Shown here: one piece after another, positions 62,201 to 64,000 of the stretch
How the letters are laid out: the number at the start of each line of letters is the position of its first letter
Numbering within the stretch: the stretch's first letter is position 1
Assembly (NCBI GenBank): GCA_040954595.2
Contig: CM082582.2
Coordinates: 9,291,483-9,355,482, forward strand
Length of the DNA stretch: 64,000 nucleotides
From: Balanoglossus misakiensis
Lineage: Eukaryota; Animalia; Hemichordata
Reading direction: 5' to 3'
Program-made: the position numbers and the translations under genes
The notes under the pieces: model-generated
What the model was told of the DNA's origin: nothing
Seen by the model: only the letters and a program-made list of their open reading frames with translations
Database searches by the model: none

Positions 62201-64000
62201 TCACGACCGAAATTGGTGGAAGTTCTCGGGCATCCTGACAGCTGAGGCACTGTGATGACAACTGAGTTGACAATAACCAGGCAGGGGTTAAAAAACCGTC
62301 CACGACATGATTCGACCTTCGCAAACCGTCTGTCAGACGTAGCGCAGAGAAGGGTGAAAGTTACATCTCCTTCCTGCAGTGAAGCTAAATGCATTGGGCC
62401 TATCCATCACTTTATTGAGTTGTCACGCCTGGCAAAAAAAAACCCTTACCACTGGACCAGACAGCGGGCATGATAAACCACACAGGAAGGGCGTAAAACA
62501 GAGACTTTTCCGTAAAGCCCCGAGGGCGAAAGTCAAAACACAGGAAACCTTGTACATATACTGATAAATGGCGACCTCTTGTTACACCCTTCACTTACAG
62601 CAATTTCCACTCTCGCATTCAACTTCACGACAATCGCGGGCAAACCTGTAACTGATTTTTTCCTGTAGTGGAATTCTACGGAAATTGATACTAAGTTTCT
62701 TTGCTTTGAAGGATAGTGTTTTAATCTGAGGTCCTGTCAAAGGCGAAACCCTGCACGCGGCCTTCACAGCTTGAGGTGTCCACAATACAACGTGCATATG
62801 CATCTGATATCACCTGTTTCACTTCATCCTCAGGGGCTTCGTACAAATTTACACACTGCAAATGTTTTGTTGAATCTCTACTATTTACCGGTGCTACTGA
62901 AATATCAGACATCTTACACTTTTATATTCTGTTCCAACAAGACATGAGCGCAACACTGCCCTCAAGCAAAATGTCAAACTTCCCAAGGTTTCTCGCTCTC
63001 TCTCTCTTCATTCCAGTCAGGAGTTTGTTGGGAGCAGCAGCCATCATTCTTATCGATGACGGCTGCAAGCGATAAAACCTGGTTTTTAAATAATCAGGAT
63101 TCACAGGGACTGGGAGACATGTGCAGAACCTGTGAAGTCCTTCAACCTAGATGTTCAAACAAACTGAACACGTTCCACATCAGTAAAAATTCTCCAGAAC
63201 TTGTCTATGTAATCGCCATCATTCAAATTTATCATTTAAATAAATAACATACAGCATTTAAATTTTTCCCCACTGATTTCAACATCTGCTTCACCTCATA
63301 ACAAAAGTCTGACAGGGTGGTTATGAAATTAATCAGTACTTTTGTTTGAATTATAACCTTCTGGGGTGATTAAAACTAGCCTAAGTGCAACCGTCAAGAT
63401 TAAAGCAAAAACGTTTGAGTCATCTACAACTGGGTTTGCCTTCTGTACAACTCTAGCATACCAACTAAGAAGTTCCAGACAGGCAGATCTGATAATCAAT
63501 ATGACTACAAATCCCTGCCAATGTTTCCACGGAAACACAGACTGCATTTCCCCTCAGCCGTGCCCAGCTGCCTTCCGGGGCCATTCTGACAAGGAAAAAT
63601 GCCCTGACCGCATATGCAAATCAAGTCTACTGCATTTTCATACACATAATCAAATCATGCTCCCCACAAGACAGGCAAAATATGTCCACAAATCCAGACA
63701 GTTTTTATCACAGTTCCCCAGACAGCTTCACAAATATATATATGTGTGCCTTTCACCAAAGTGTACTTACACTAAACAGTGGCAAGTGTCCAACCACAAA
63801 CATTCTTTGTTTGCTTAAACTCTCAGTGGGCATGGTTAATTTGATTTCTTTGCACCATGTCCTTGCAATTAAAGTGTTTATTTTTCTGCCACTCTGCTGT
63901 GCATTCACACCATCCTTTGCTGTGTTTTCTTTTCAATGTCACCTCAGAAAGGTCGTCTGGACTCCTGGCATTCAGCAGTCATGATTTTGGTTCATCTCAC

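Noticed and set aside
50600-64000. Many 60-150 aa ORFs, e.g. 57205-57660 and 63366-63818
   Set aside because: No recognisable domains, transposase or reverse-transcriptase motifs, or consistent exon chain.

Overview
Eukaryotic, intron-rich invertebrate metazoan DNA; a deuterostome such as a hemichordate is plausible but cannot be proven from sequence. The first ~26 kb is a compact housekeeping cluster: two tandem DHRS1 paralogs (-), DAD1 (+), AMFR/gp78 (-), PRMT7 (+), MVD (-) and METTL17 (+), forming three head-to-head pairs. From ~29.7 to 50.1 kb lies one long minus-strand gene whose seven exons splice in frame into a ~355 aa protein. It has an hnRNP C/RALY-type RRM and linker, then two BCL11-like zinc fingers (C2HC + C2H2) where vertebrate hnRNP C has its tetramerising leucine zipper, then an acidic tail. 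This chimeric architecture is the most interesting signal in the window. The last 14 kb has no recognisable coding sequence. A ~90 bp TTAA/CCC-GGG MITE family, other hairpin elements and microsatellites are scattered through the window. Exon structures were assembled by hand from splice motifs and remembered protein similarity; no database searches were run.
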